Source: Alteromonadaceae bacterium
GTDB taxonomy: Bacteria > Pseudomonadota > Gammaproteobacteria > Enterobacterales > Alteromonadaceae
Direction of reading: 5' to 3'
Assembly: GCA_016765535.1 (NCBI GenBank)
Contig: JAESPQ010000123.1
Coordinates: 880 to 64,879, forward strand
DNA: 64,000 bases
Positions 49,076-58,924 of the stretch are shown piece after piece. The notes beneath the pieces were generated by a model. The model saw only the letters and a list, made by a program, of their open reading frames with translations, ran no database searches and was not told the origin of the DNA. The position numbers were made by a program, and so were the translations under genes. The stretch's first letter is position 1; every line of letters begins with the position of its first letter.

Positions 49076-49166
49076 GACGGTTTACTTCTCAAGATGACGG
49101 TTTTATTTGTCAAGATGATGGTAACGCATGACTTAACATTGTCACGACAGGAGTGTGTCTACAGTC

Positions 49167-50285
49167 CTACAGATGTTCTAAAATCAAACAACAAGCTGAA
49201 TAACCCGCACCAAATGAACACAATACTGTTTTATCACCCGCAACTAAGTCTTGATGATGTTTATGCAGCGCAATAATACAACCTGCTGAACTGGTGTTTG
49301 CATATTCATCTAAAATAATTGGCGCTTCAATAATACTCGGCACGCGACCTAATACTTTTTTAGCAATAAAACCATTCATATTAATGTTTGCTTGATGTAA
49401 ATACAGGCGTTTAATATCACCAGCGTTCAGTTGTACTTTATCCATTTGTGCCGCAATTAATTTGGACACCATAGGCAGCACCTCTTTAAATACTTTTCGT
49501 CCCTGTTGAATAAAATACTTATCATCAGCGTCAACCGTTTCAAGAGTACATTTGTTAATGTAACCAATATTACTACGAATGTTATTTGAAAATTGGGTAA
49601 TAGGTTGCTCTGCAATAATTTTAAATTGATGCTCACTGGTGGCTGTGCTTTCGTCTTCTAACACACTGGCGGTAGCCACATCACCAAAAATAAAATGGCT
49701 ATCTCTGTCACGATAATTAATTTGTGGTGATAATATTTCAGGGTTGATCACTAAAACCGTTTTTGCTGTACCACTACGAATCGCATTAGCCGCATTAATT
49801 AACCCAAAGGTTGCTGCGGAACAAGCAACCACCATATCAAATCCCCAACCGTTCGCGCCTAATGCATTTTGAATTTCAATAGCAATAGCAGGATAATAAC
49901 GTTGGGTATAAGCACAGGCGACAATAATTAAATCGACATCTGCTGGTTTTTTGTTGGCGGCAGTTAACGCTTGTTTTGCCGCTGCAACACCCATTTCAGC
50001 TTGTAAGGAAAGTTCTTCATTAGGACGTTCAACAAAGGTTGGACGCATAATATCAGGATTTAAAATATCATCTTTTGACATTACATAACGTTGTTTAATA
50101 CCTGAAGCTTTTTCGATAAATTCACTGCTTGAATATGATAATGCGGTAACTTCACCCGCTTCAATCGCTTGACTATTTTCAGCATTAAAGTTGTCAACAT
50201 ACTGATTAAAGCAGATAACTAATTCATCATTAGAAATTACATTAGGAGGGGTAAATAATCCCGTTCCGCTGATCACAACCGACAT
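49167..50285 (-). CDS. beta-ketoacyl-ACP synthase III family protein
   Basis: MSVVISGTGLFTPP N-terminus, thiolase-fold Cys region VVACSAATFG, C-terminal SFGAGYS. I set the start at the ATG at 50283-50285 (GGAG RBS) rather than the track's TTG. Confidence 0.8.
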   Translation of the reverse strand: MSVVISGTGLFTPPNVISNDELVICFNQYVDNFNAENSQAIEAGEVTALSYSSSEFIEKASGIKQRYVMSKDDILNPDIMRPTFVERPNEELSLQAEMGVAAAKQALTAANKKPADVDLIIVACAYTQRYYPAIAIEIQNALGANGWGFDMVVACSAATFGLINAANAIRSGTAKTVLVINPEILSPQINYRDRDSHFIFGDVATASVLEDESTATSEHQFKIIAEQPITQFSNNIRSNIGYINKCTLETVDADDKYFIQQGRKVFKEVLPMVSKLIAAQMDKVQLNAGDIKRLYLHQANINMNGFIAKKVLGRVPSIIEAPIILDEYANTSSAGCIIALHKHHQDLVAGDKTVLCSFGAGYSACCLILEHL

Positions 50286-50368
50286 AAAAAACTCCAATAA
50301 AACGACAACATTTTAGTTAAAATAATATTTAATCAACTTAGTATATTTTATTGTGTGCTTTATGTCGA

Positions 50369-52135
50369 TTAAGCAACTTCAGTTTTATTTTCAAATAAGT
50401 CCATGTTATTGCGTTCTAAATTACTACGTCGGCAAATAAATAAATTATTACCCGATACTTTTTTCGCTTCTAATTTTGCTTTTGAAGCTAAGTCGGCAAT
50501 TTGATGATATGAACTATAACTACAAATATCAGGTTTTATAGCGCCAATGGCTAAACTAACTAATGGATGAAAAACACGTTCTCCTCGTCGATTTAAAGAA
50601 TAATATCCTTGTTGATCAATATGTTCTTGCGTTAAAAAGGTTAAACTTTGTTTTGCAAAGTCAGCTAATATTGCTTCACATACTGTTTTTACATTGTCGT
50701 TTTTAAACATCACAATAAAGTCATCACCGCCAATATGCCCTACAAAACAATTGTTATTATTAGCATTTATAACAATACTGTTAGCCAGTGCTTTTAATAA
50801 TAAATCACCTTTAGCGTAACCATAAATGTCATTAAAAGGTTTAAAAAAATTCAAATCTAAATAAGCTAAATGAAAAGACTGTTGTTTAAATAACATGTGA
50901 TCAATTTCTTTTTCAATCATCACATTTCCGGGTAAACCTGTTAATGGGTTAGCATAACGAGCTTGCTCTAACTTTGAGTCGGTTATGCTTTTTAATAAAT
51001 CACGTGCAGACACCAAACCGCTAAAAAGTCCGTTTTCAACAGCAATAAAAGAATGGGTAAACTCTAAATTTTCTCGTGCGGTTAATAAGGCGCTTACTTG
51101 CTCTAAAGGCATGGTATGTTCAAGCATTAAAGGTTTGTGATCCATAATTTCAAGTGCACTTTTTTTAGAAAACAAAGATCGTCCATAAATATCAGAATAC
51201 AACTCCATTAATTCATTCCGATAAATCATACCAACAGGCTTTAAACCATCAAGTACAGGAATTGCATGAACATTATTGTTGTCTGTAAAAAGTTGATAAA
51301 TATAATTAGCACTTTGATCATAATTAACCGTTATTGCAGCCGACGCTAATACAGCAACAGTACCTAAATAAGGTTCATCTAAATAAGTTGAGTTAACATT
51401 TAAACTAGGATAATCGGTGGGTGGAAATTCACTAGGGTGAGCCAAAAAGAAACCTTGAGCATAAACCATTCCTAGCTCACGCAGTAACTCAAACTCTTCT
51501 TTAGTTTCAATACCTTCAGCAATAACATGAGCATTAGAGGTTTTGCCCAAGTCAAATAAAGTTCGCAAAAATTCTCGCTTCATTACATCTTTATCGCATT
51601 GGTCAATAAAATAACGGTCAATTTTAACGATATCAGGACGTAAATAGCTCCATTGTTTTAAGCCAGAATAACCCGCACCTAAGTCATCTATGGCAACATC
51701 AAAACCAAACTGGCGATATTTATCTAAAGCATTACGTAATAAATTATTATTAGGAAACGGATATTTTTCGCTAATTTCAATCACAACTTGCTGACATGAC
51801 AAACCAGCTTGCTCAACTAATTTAATAGTTTCGCCATTAGGATGGTCTTTATTAAGCATAACCGCAGGGCTAACATTAATAAATAATTTGCCCTGTAAGT
51901 TTAAATCAGCAAAGCGTGTAATAGCACTGGCACGACATAGTAGTTCTAGCTCAGACAATAAACCATGTGCAGTAGCTTGCTCAAACAATATATCTGGTGC
52001 ATATAGTGCTGAGTTTTTTGGACCTCGTGTTAATGCTTCATAACCAGCAACAATTTCACGATCTACATTGTAAATAGGCTGAAAAACCGTGGTAATTAAT
52101 TTTTCAGCAAGAATAACTTGTAATTGTTCTTTCAT
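50369..52135 (-). CDS. EAL - CBS pair - GGDEF-like signalling protein
   Basis: N-terminal EAL domain (FQPIYN...YEALTRGP, DDLGAGYSG), central CBS-like region, C-terminal cyclase fold with variant GGDDF site. Confidence 0.85.
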   Translation of the reverse strand: MKEQLQVILAEKLITTVFQPIYNVDREIVAGYEALTRGPKNSALYAPDILFEQATAHGLLSELELLCRASAITRFADLNLQGKLFINVSPAVMLNKDHPNGETIKLVEQAGLSCQQVVIEISEKYPFPNNNLLRNALDKYRQFGFDVAIDDLGAGYSGLKQWSYLRPDIVKIDRYFIDQCDKDVMKREFLRTLFDLGKTSNAHVIAEGIETKEEFELLRELGMVYAQGFFLAHPSEFPPTDYPSLNVNSTYLDEPYLGTVAVLASAAITVNYDQSANYIYQLFTDNNNVHAIPVLDGLKPVGMIYRNELMELYSDIYGRSLFSKKSALEIMDHKPLMLEHTMPLEQVSALLTARENLEFTHSFIAVENGLFSGLVSARDLLKSITDSKLEQARYANPLTGLPGNVMIEKEIDHMLFKQQSFHLAYLDLNFFKPFNDIYGYAKGDLLLKALANSIVINANNNNCFVGHIGGDDFIVMFKNDNVKTVCEAILADFAKQSLTFLTQEHIDQQGYYSLNRRGERVFHPLVSLAIGAIKPDICSYSSYHQIADLASKAKLEAKKVSGNNLFICRRSNLERNNMDLFENKTEVA

Positions 52136-52248
52136 TAGGAACTCCTCATTTAAAAGAAGTTTAAACAGCTTTGATGTCAGTTTTATGACTAATAAAAACT
52201 ATATTTATAATCTTTAATTAGGTGTATAAAATAAGTAAAAATATTATT

Positions 52249-53271
52249 TTATCTTTCGCTATTCCAATCAAATAAATAAGCACCTAAACTTAAAAATAGT
52301 ACGCTCATAATAGCAAGTACATACAAGTGGTAACTAATATCACTTAAACTCGCACCTTCGGTAATAATAGCGCGAGCACCAGCCACTAAATGAGTAAGCG
52401 GTAAGAACTCAGCAAACGCTTTTAAGCCATCAGGCGCGCCTTCTAAGCTAAACCATACCCCCGAAAGCATCATCATGGGCCATGTAGTTAAATTTAATAA
52501 GCCTCCCGTTAATTCTTCACTTTTACTACGACTTGCCACTAATAAACCTAAACTGATCAAACAAAAGGCGCCTAATGCGGCAACGATGAATAAGTCAAAA
52601 TAACTGCCAAGCATGTAAAAATTTAAAAAGACATTACAACCAATATACACACTAGAACTAATAAACATGACGATAAAAAGTCGAGAAACCAATTGCGCGC
52701 TAACAAACTCTAACGCCGACAAAGGCGTTGCTTTTAACCGTTTTAATACTGAATTTTTACGATAACGAACAATCACATAACCAACACCGAATAAACAACT
52801 AAACATCATGTTCATCCCTAAGATACCCGGTAATGCCCAGTCGATGTAACGAATACCCTTTCCTTGTGTTAACTGACGAGTAAAGCCGTGTTCGCTGGAT
52901 AAAAATATTTTTTCGACTAAATAACTTTTTGGCGAGTTTTCATTTACCCAATAGCTTTTTTGAGTAAAATCTACCACTAAATCAATACCATGTTGCGATA
53001 ATTTAAGCTCTGCTTTAGCTAAATGTTGATAATGAATAAAATCAATAAATTTAGTTTTTAAAAAAGCATCTGTATTTGCTTTTTGATTGATTGACTGAGT
53101 ATCTATAACACCAACTTTATACGCACTACGACCATTACCTGAAAAAATAAAAGAAAAACCGACAAGAAGTAATACCGGAAACAGTAAATTCCAACCGAGT
53201 GATGATCTATCACGAAAAAACTCAATATTACGCGCTTTAAATACGGCGAAAAAACGTTTGATGTTAAACAT
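52249..53271 (-). CDS. ABC-2 type transporter permease
   Basis: Six-TM protein downstream of an ABC ATPase gene. Confidence 0.8.
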   Translation of the reverse strand: MFNIKRFFAVFKARNIEFFRDRSSLGWNLLFPVLLLVGFSFIFSGNGRSAYKVGVIDTQSINQKANTDAFLKTKFIDFIHYQHLAKAELKLSQHGIDLVVDFTQKSYWVNENSPKSYLVEKIFLSSEHGFTRQLTQGKGIRYIDWALPGILGMNMMFSCLFGVGYVIVRYRKNSVLKRLKATPLSALEFVSAQLVSRLFIVMFISSSVYIGCNVFLNFYMLGSYFDLFIVAALGAFCLISLGLLVASRSKSEELTGGLLNLTTWPMMMLSGVWFSLEGAPDGLKAFAEFLPLTHLVAGARAIITEGASLSDISYHLYVLAIMSVLFLSLGAYLFDWNSER

Positions 53272-53318
53272 GTTTATCTCTTTTTATAAAATAAGTGACT
53301 AAAAACTAATGGCTAAAA

Positions 53319-54212
53319 TCAATCTCTTAATGAATGACCAGTAAGCTTTAAAAACAAATCATCTAAATTAGCTGACTTTACGTGTAAACCAGCAAGCGGC
53401 ACTTGTTTTTCTATTAAATAAGTTAATGTTTTTTCAACATTCTTACTTTTTATTTCAACTTGTTTATCAATTATTTGCCAATTATTTTTAATCATTAATT
53501 CATTAGGCACTTGCGCTTTGGGTAAATAAATAAAGATGTCACTAAAATGTTTTTGTAATAGTTGTGGTGGCGTACCTTGCTCGATCAATTTACCTTTATC
53601 CATTACCGCAATTTCATCACAAACATGTTCTGCTTCGTCCATATAATGAGTCGTTAAAATAATAGTTTTATGCTGCGCTTTAATATTTTTAATTAGCTGC
53701 CAAAAATTACGTCGTGCTTGTGGGTCTAATCCTGTGGTTGGTTCATCTAAAAAAACGATATCGGGATCATTAATCAACGCTAACGCCAATAATAAACGTT
53801 GTTTTTGACCACCTGATAATAAACGATTATTGCGATTTAAAAAGTCCTGTAAATCGCACATTTCAACCAAGGTTTGCTGAGCTATGGTGTGATCATAAAA
53901 AGATGAAAATAAATTAAGCGTTTCTTGTACTGTTAAAAAATCTTGCAAGGCAGTATGTTGAAATTGAATACCAATTTTACTGGCAATGTTTTTATTCAGT
54001 GCTTCACCATGATATAAAACCTCACCAGAGCTGGCCGAAATAATACCTTCAAGTATTTCAATGGTGGTAGTTTTACCTGCACCATTAGGCCCTAACAAAC
54101 CAAAACAATGCCCCGCTTTAATGGTAAAACTAACGCCGTCAACCGCTTTAACTATATTTTTTTTATTAATTTGATAATGTTTAACTAAATTATTAACCGT
54201 GATAATGGTCAT
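53319..54212 (-). CDS. ABC transporter ATP-binding protein
   Basis: Walker [10 protein letters not shown], signature LSGGQKQR, Walker B VFLDEPT. Confidence 0.9.
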   Translation of the reverse strand: MTIITVNNLVKHYQINKKNIVKAVDGVSFTIKAGHCFGLLGPNGAGKTTTIEILEGIISASSGEVLYHGEALNKNIASKIGIQFQHTALQDFLTVQETLNLFSSFYDHTIAQQTLVEMCDLQDFLNRNNRLLSGGQKQRLLLALALINDPDIVFLDEPTTGLDPQARRNFWQLIKNIKAQHKTIILTTHYMDEAEHVCDEIAVMDKGKLIEQGTPPQLLQKHFSDIFIYLPKAQVPNELMIKNNWQIIDKQVEIKSKNVEKTLTYLIEKQVPLAGLHVKSANLDDLFLKLTGHSLRD

Positions 54213-54246
54213 TTAAATGGTGCCTTTTGTGTGCTTGTCTTAATAA

Positions 54247-54266
54247 ATCCTGACCTTCGTCAGGAT
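54247..54266. repeat. REP-like hairpin, family B (second copy)
   Basis: ATCCTGAC-CTTC-GTCAGGAT, followed by a 19 bp tandem unit x2 (ACAGCTAGTAATA at 54268 and 54287). Confidence 0.65.
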
Positions 54267-54349
54267 AACAGCTAGTAATACAGGTGACAGCTAGTAATAT
54301 TAAATCACCACAAGGCTAGTCTCAGTAATTACAAACGTTAAAAACAAGG

Positions 54350-56575
54350 TCATGCTGAACTCGTTTCAGTATCTTCGAATTTCTTTTGGTAGTATTGCTG
54401 CATATAATCAACTAACTGCTGATTAAGGGCTTTTTTTCCTGTTAAATTAAATTGCTGGCAAACATCACTAACAGATCGTTTTTGCAATATGCGCGCAATT
54501 AATAATAACACCGCTTCATCATTAACTCCCTCATCAGCTAAATGTTGTAACAACCATAAATGTAAACTAAACACACAGCTATAATAAAGACGTTTTTTGT
54601 TAGCAAATGCATCAATATTTTGTTGATCAAATAAAGTTAAAGGTGGCAAAACATGATCAGAGGTATTTTGTAAAATCAATCGCACTAATTTAGTTGATAA
54701 ATGTTGATAAGCCTCACTCAATAAATAATGAAAACTGCGATAAAACTCTCGATTGAGTTCAGTTAACGTTACGGTACTTTTTATTGAAATAGCTTTTAAC
54801 AATAATGCAGAATGCTCACCACTGGCTTGATCTTTAGTAAAACCAATACGCATTAGTTTAAAATCAGCTGCTAACCAAAATTTAAGTAAACTGCAATTAG
54901 CACCAAAACTGGTACCTAAAAAATCAACCTGTTGCTGTTGCGCATAAGCAGATAATTGTGCTAAAAAATAGCGACCAATACCTTGTTGTTGTATTTGTGG
55001 ATGTACAGCAATACGCATAATGCGCAAATAACGGTAGTCAAAAGCTTGCTCAAAACCACAATGGTTGATTAACGATTGCGGTAAAAATTGATCTTTTAAA
55101 CGCTGCTGACCTTGTTTTACCCCTTGTATTACTTGTTGCTGACATTCGTTCGCACACATTCCTTCGCTTATTAACAAAGCAACTGCAACGATAACGCTTT
55201 CATGACTCAGACTAACAATAGTCACTTGTTTGTTATCTAACATCAACCTTAAATCACTTGGGCTAGTTTGATAATGAGCAGTAACTAGCACAGAAAAAAG
55301 CTGTGTTAGTAACTTTTCATTTTTAAGTAAATCTGCTTTATTATGCCGTATTAATGATAAGGAATTTAGATTAACTTGCTGCTGATTAAGTGGCTCAAGT
55401 TCAGCATTTAATAAACAGGCAAAAAAAACAAATTGTTCTAGCGGATCATTTTTTGCCCAGCGGATCGGCTGCTTAATATGTAAGCGTTTATAATTAGGCG
55501 TTTTACACTGTAAATGTTGCTGAAATTTTAACGCAAAACCTCGCCCTGCTCCTTCATAACCATGTTGTGTGGTCGCAAATACCACACGATGATAATGCTC
55601 AATAACCTTTTCCAATAAATAGACTGGAATTGCAGCGGCTTCATCAATAAGTAATAAGCTCGTTTGTGGCAGATCTTTTAACAAAATATCAATAGGGACA
55701 AAGGTGACCCGAGAAACAAGCTGATTTTTTAAATGAATATGAGCATAAGTCAGCTCTGTTTTACTGCTATTTTCTAGTTCTAAACTATGGGCTAATTGTG
55801 TGAAAAATATATCCACCGCTTGTTGATGTGGCGCGCATATAATAATAGATAATGCCTGTTCAGTATTTTTAATTAATTCAGCACAAGCTATGGCTAATGC
55901 CGAAGATTTACCACGACCACGATCTGCTGTTAAGACTAACGGACGATTACGATGACCTGTGAATACTTTTTGTACCGCTTTTACGGCTTTAAATTGTTCT
56001 CGGGTTTTACATGTTAAAGGAATAACTTCTATAGGTGAATTTTGTAACTCATTCGCCTTGGGGGAATTAATAATAAAGTTTTCAAAATCAGTCTTTTGTT
56101 CGATACCTTGTTCAAAAATAAGCGCATTTTTATCCGTTACGATTTGCTCAAAAAAACGTTGTAAAAACAAACTTTTTCGAATTAATACTGAATCATCTAG
56201 TGATTCCGGCCAAAGTAAAAACAACATTCCACCTGCACTAATAGTCCCTGAAAGTGCAGCGAATGCATCAATAGTTAATTGCTTATCATCAAAAACCAAA
56301 TATTGATACTGAGTACCTAAATAATGACGATAATTCTTTTTTGCTACCTTACTCTTGTTAAAAACAAGTTTATTATCGTTTAAAAAAAATAGCTTATCTG
56401 CACTATATATAGCCCAGCTTTCATTGCCCTTATTATGAGAATATGAATCAATAGTAGACAGCAAAGAATGCGCCCATGTTTTGCTACCAACCAACACAAC
56501 AAGTTGTCGATGCTGCTGCCGAAGCAATTTTTGTTTAGCTTGCTTAAACCATGATTGAAATTTTAAAGGGGACAT
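54350..56575 (-). CDS. tmcA: tRNA(Met) cytidine acetyltransferase TmcA
   Basis: 741 aa with helicase-like P-loop DRGRGKSSALAIA and a C-terminal GNAT segment (RIAVHPQIQQQGIGRYFL). Confidence 0.8.
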   Translation of the reverse strand: MSPLKFQSWFKQAKQKLLRQQHRQLVVLVGSKTWAHSLLSTIDSYSHNKGNESWAIYSADKLFFLNDNKLVFNKSKVAKKNYRHYLGTQYQYLVFDDKQLTIDAFAALSGTISAGGMLFLLWPESLDDSVLIRKSLFLQRFFEQIVTDKNALIFEQGIEQKTDFENFIINSPKANELQNSPIEVIPLTCKTREQFKAVKAVQKVFTGHRNRPLVLTADRGRGKSSALAIACAELIKNTEQALSIIICAPHQQAVDIFFTQLAHSLELENSSKTELTYAHIHLKNQLVSRVTFVPIDILLKDLPQTSLLLIDEAAAIPVYLLEKVIEHYHRVVFATTQHGYEGAGRGFALKFQQHLQCKTPNYKRLHIKQPIRWAKNDPLEQFVFFACLLNAELEPLNQQQVNLNSLSLIRHNKADLLKNEKLLTQLFSVLVTAHYQTSPSDLRLMLDNKQVTIVSLSHESVIVAVALLISEGMCANECQQQVIQGVKQGQQRLKDQFLPQSLINHCGFEQAFDYRYLRIMRIAVHPQIQQQGIGRYFLAQLSAYAQQQQVDFLGTSFGANCSLLKFWLAADFKLMRIGFTKDQASGEHSALLLKAISIKSTVTLTELNREFYRSFHYLLSEAYQHLSTKLVRLILQNTSDHVLPPLTLFDQQNIDAFANKKRLYYSCVFSLHLWLLQHLADEGVNDEAVLLLIARILQKRSVSDVCQQFNLTGKKALNQQLVDYMQQYYQKKFEDTETSSA

Positions 56576-56730
56576 AATTCGGACTTACAAGGTGACTCTA
56601 GACACAGATTGAGTATTAGTTTAACAAGCTCGAAAATAATTAATACTTAAAAATTTATTCTTTGCCCCTTGAAAAAAAGATCATTTGTACCTAAGTTCAA
56701 ACTATTAAGTTTATAAATGAGGATTATTTG

Positions 56731-56910
56731 ATGAGTGATAATTTTATCGACGTTGACGACTACGATGCTATTTCAGATGATAAAAAAATAAATTGGTCTG
56801 ATGCTGAGCATGCCGCCCACGATAAAGAAGTTCGTAAACGCATTGACGACTTATTAGAAAAAAAACGCCTCAAAGAATTACTTGATGATGAAGATGATTG
56901 GGATATTTAA
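56731..56910 (+). CDS. small acidic protein (59 aa)
   Basis: ATG at 56731 with a GAGGA RBS 7 nt upstream. The sequence D/E-rich...RKRIDDLLEKKRLKELLDD resembles a family of small envelope-associated proteins, but my recollection is weak. Confidence 0.5.
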   Translation: MSDNFIDVDDYDAISDDKKINWSDAEHAAHDKEVRKRIDDLLEKKRLKELLDDEDDWDI

Positions 56911-56974
56911 TATTATCTTCTCAATACGAAGGTTTTACCTTTTAAGCCAACAAATGATTGGTTTAACTAAACAA

Positions 56975-57006
56975 AGTGCTACAATTAATGTGTAGCACTT
57001 TTTTTA
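56975..57006 (+). terminator. rho-independent terminator
   Basis: AGTGCTACA...TGTAGCACT, a 9 bp stem followed by a T-run. Confidence 0.8.
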
Positions 57007-57042
57007 TTATGTTTATTTAATTAACAAGACAAACAAATCATT

Positions 57043-57711
57043 ATGACCTTTCTTGAAAAATTACGCTGTTTATTAACGTTTGGACAAGGTGTTGCCTTAC
57101 CTTTACCCGAAATCACCGACAATCAAGATCCTCTAGAATTATTTAAACACTGGTTTAACGATGCCCATAAAGCTGGAATATTATTACCCGAGGCAATGTC
57201 AGTAAGCACCTGTGGTAATAATGGGCAACCAAGCTCTCGTATGGTGTTATTAAAAGAATTCGACAAAAACGGATTTGTTTTTTATACCAATTACGCGAGT
57301 AAAAAAAGCCAACAACTTAGCGAAAATAGCAAAGTTGCACTATTATTTCATTGGAACGTATTGCAACGTCAAATACGTATTGAGGGTACCGTTGAAAAAG
57401 TAAGCACTGAGCAATCAGCCAATTACTTTCATAGCCGTGACAGAGGTAGTCAAATAGGTGCTTGGGCATCAAAACAATCTCAACAACTTAATAACGACAA
57501 TGAATTAAAAGAACGCGTTAGCCACTTTAATAAGCTCTACCCGCAAGGCGAAGTGCCGCATCCTGAATTTTGGGGAGGTTGGCGCGTAAAACCAACGTAT
57601 ATAGAATTTTGGCAAGGTAGAGCAAGTCGCTTACATGATCGGATTTGTTTTGAGAAATCAAGTGAGACAAGTGACAAAGAGCAATGGCAGCAATTTAAAT
57701 TGCATCCATAA
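57043..57711 (+). CDS. pdxH: pyridoxamine 5'-phosphate oxidase
   Basis: SSRMVLLK, RQIRIEG and IEFWQGRASRLHDR motifs. Confidence 0.93.
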   Translation: MTFLEKLRCLLTFGQGVALPLPEITDNQDPLELFKHWFNDAHKAGILLPEAMSVSTCGNNGQPSSRMVLLKEFDKNGFVFYTNYASKKSQQLSENSKVALLFHWNVLQRQIRIEGTVEKVSTEQSANYFHSRDRGSQIGAWASKQSQQLNNDNELKERVSHFNKLYPQGEVPHPEFWGGWRVKPTYIEFWQGRASRLHDRICFEKSSETSDKEQWQQFKLHP

Positions 57712-57724
57712 TTTTACACAAAAA

Positions 57725-57749
57725 AGGAAAGCATGCGCTTTCCTTTTAT
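57725..57749. terminator. bidirectional terminator between pdxH and oadB
   Basis: AGGAAAGC-ATGC-GCTTTCCT hairpin flanked by an A-run and a T-run, between convergent genes. Confidence 0.75.
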
Positions 57750-57785
57750 AATTCTATAGCCAATTAAATTAGCTAACTAACCATC

Positions 57786-58916
57786 TTATCCTACCAACGA
57801 AAGCAATACCCCTGCAGCAACAGCTGAACCTAGTACACCTGCCACATTGGGCCCCATGGCGTGCATTAATAAAAAGTTATGAGGGTTAGCTTCTAAACCG
57901 ACCTTATTCGCTACTCGTGCCGCCATTGGTACCGCTGAAACTCCCGCCGCACCAATTAGTGGATTAATTGGTATTTTCGAAAACTTGTTCATCAGTTTTG
58001 CCATTAACACACCGCCAGCAGTGCCGATTGAAAATGCAATTGCACCCAAAGCTAATATTCCTAGTGTTTGTATATTTAAAAACGCTTCTGCACTTAGCTT
58101 TGATCCAACACCTAAGCCTAAAAAGATAGTGGTAATATTAATTAACTCATTTTGCGAAGTAGAGCTTAAACGGTCTACCACACCAGACTCACGCATTAAA
58201 TTACCTAAACAAAACATACCGACTAGTGGTGTTGCCGCAGGTAAAAAGAAAATAGTTGCTAGCAATACTGCCAGTGGGAAAATTATTTTTTCAACTTTAG
58301 TCACATGACGTAGTTGTGCCATTTCAATTTTACGTTCATCTTCAGTGGTTAATGCGCGCATAATAGGTGGTTGAATAATTGGTACTAAGGCCATATAAGA
58401 ATAAGCCGCTACCGCGATAGCACCTAGTAAATCTGGTGCTAATTTAGAGGCTAAAAATATTGCCGTGGGTCCATCAGCACCACCAATAATAGCAATGGCT
58501 GAGGCATCTTTTAAGGTGAATTCAATGCCCGGCACTGCATTTAAGGCAATAGCACCAAACAAAGTAGCAAAAATACCTAACTGAGCTGCAGCGCCTAATA
58601 ACAACACTTTAGGGTTCGCAATCAACGAACCAAAATCGGTCATTGCGCCAACGCCCATAAATATAATTAATGGAAAAACGCCTGTGTGAATACCCGTTTC
58701 ATATATATAGTGTAGTAACCCACCCGCTTCAGTAAAACCAGCTAGTGGAATATTTGTTAATATTGCACCAAAGCCCATCGGTAATAATAATAAGGGTTCA
58801 AAGTCTTTGGCAATGGCAAGATACAGTAACAAGCCCCCCACTGACATCATGATCACTTGACCAAAGACAAAATTAGCGAGGCCTGTTGATTGCCATAACG
58901 TATTTAATAATTCCAT
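57786..58916 (-). CDS. oadB: oxaloacetate decarboxylase (Na+-pumping) beta subunit
   Basis: 376 aa polytopic protein directly downstream of oadA. Confidence 0.9.
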   Translation of the reverse strand: MELLNTLWQSTGLANFVFGQVIMMSVGGLLLYLAIAKDFEPLLLLPMGFGAILTNIPLAGFTEAGGLLHYIYETGIHTGVFPLIIFMGVGAMTDFGSLIANPKVLLLGAAAQLGIFATLFGAIALNAVPGIEFTLKDASAIAIIGGADGPTAIFLASKLAPDLLGAIAVAAYSYMALVPIIQPPIMRALTTEDERKIEMAQLRHVTKVEKIIFPLAVLLATIFFLPAATPLVGMFCLGNLMRESGVVDRLSSTSQNELINITTIFLGLGVGSKLSAEAFLNIQTLGILALGAIAFSIGTAGGVLMAKLMNKFSKIPINPLIGAAGVSAVPMAARVANKVGLEANPHNFLLMHAMGPNVAGVLGSAVAAGVLLSLVG

Positions 58917-58924
58917 AATATCCT

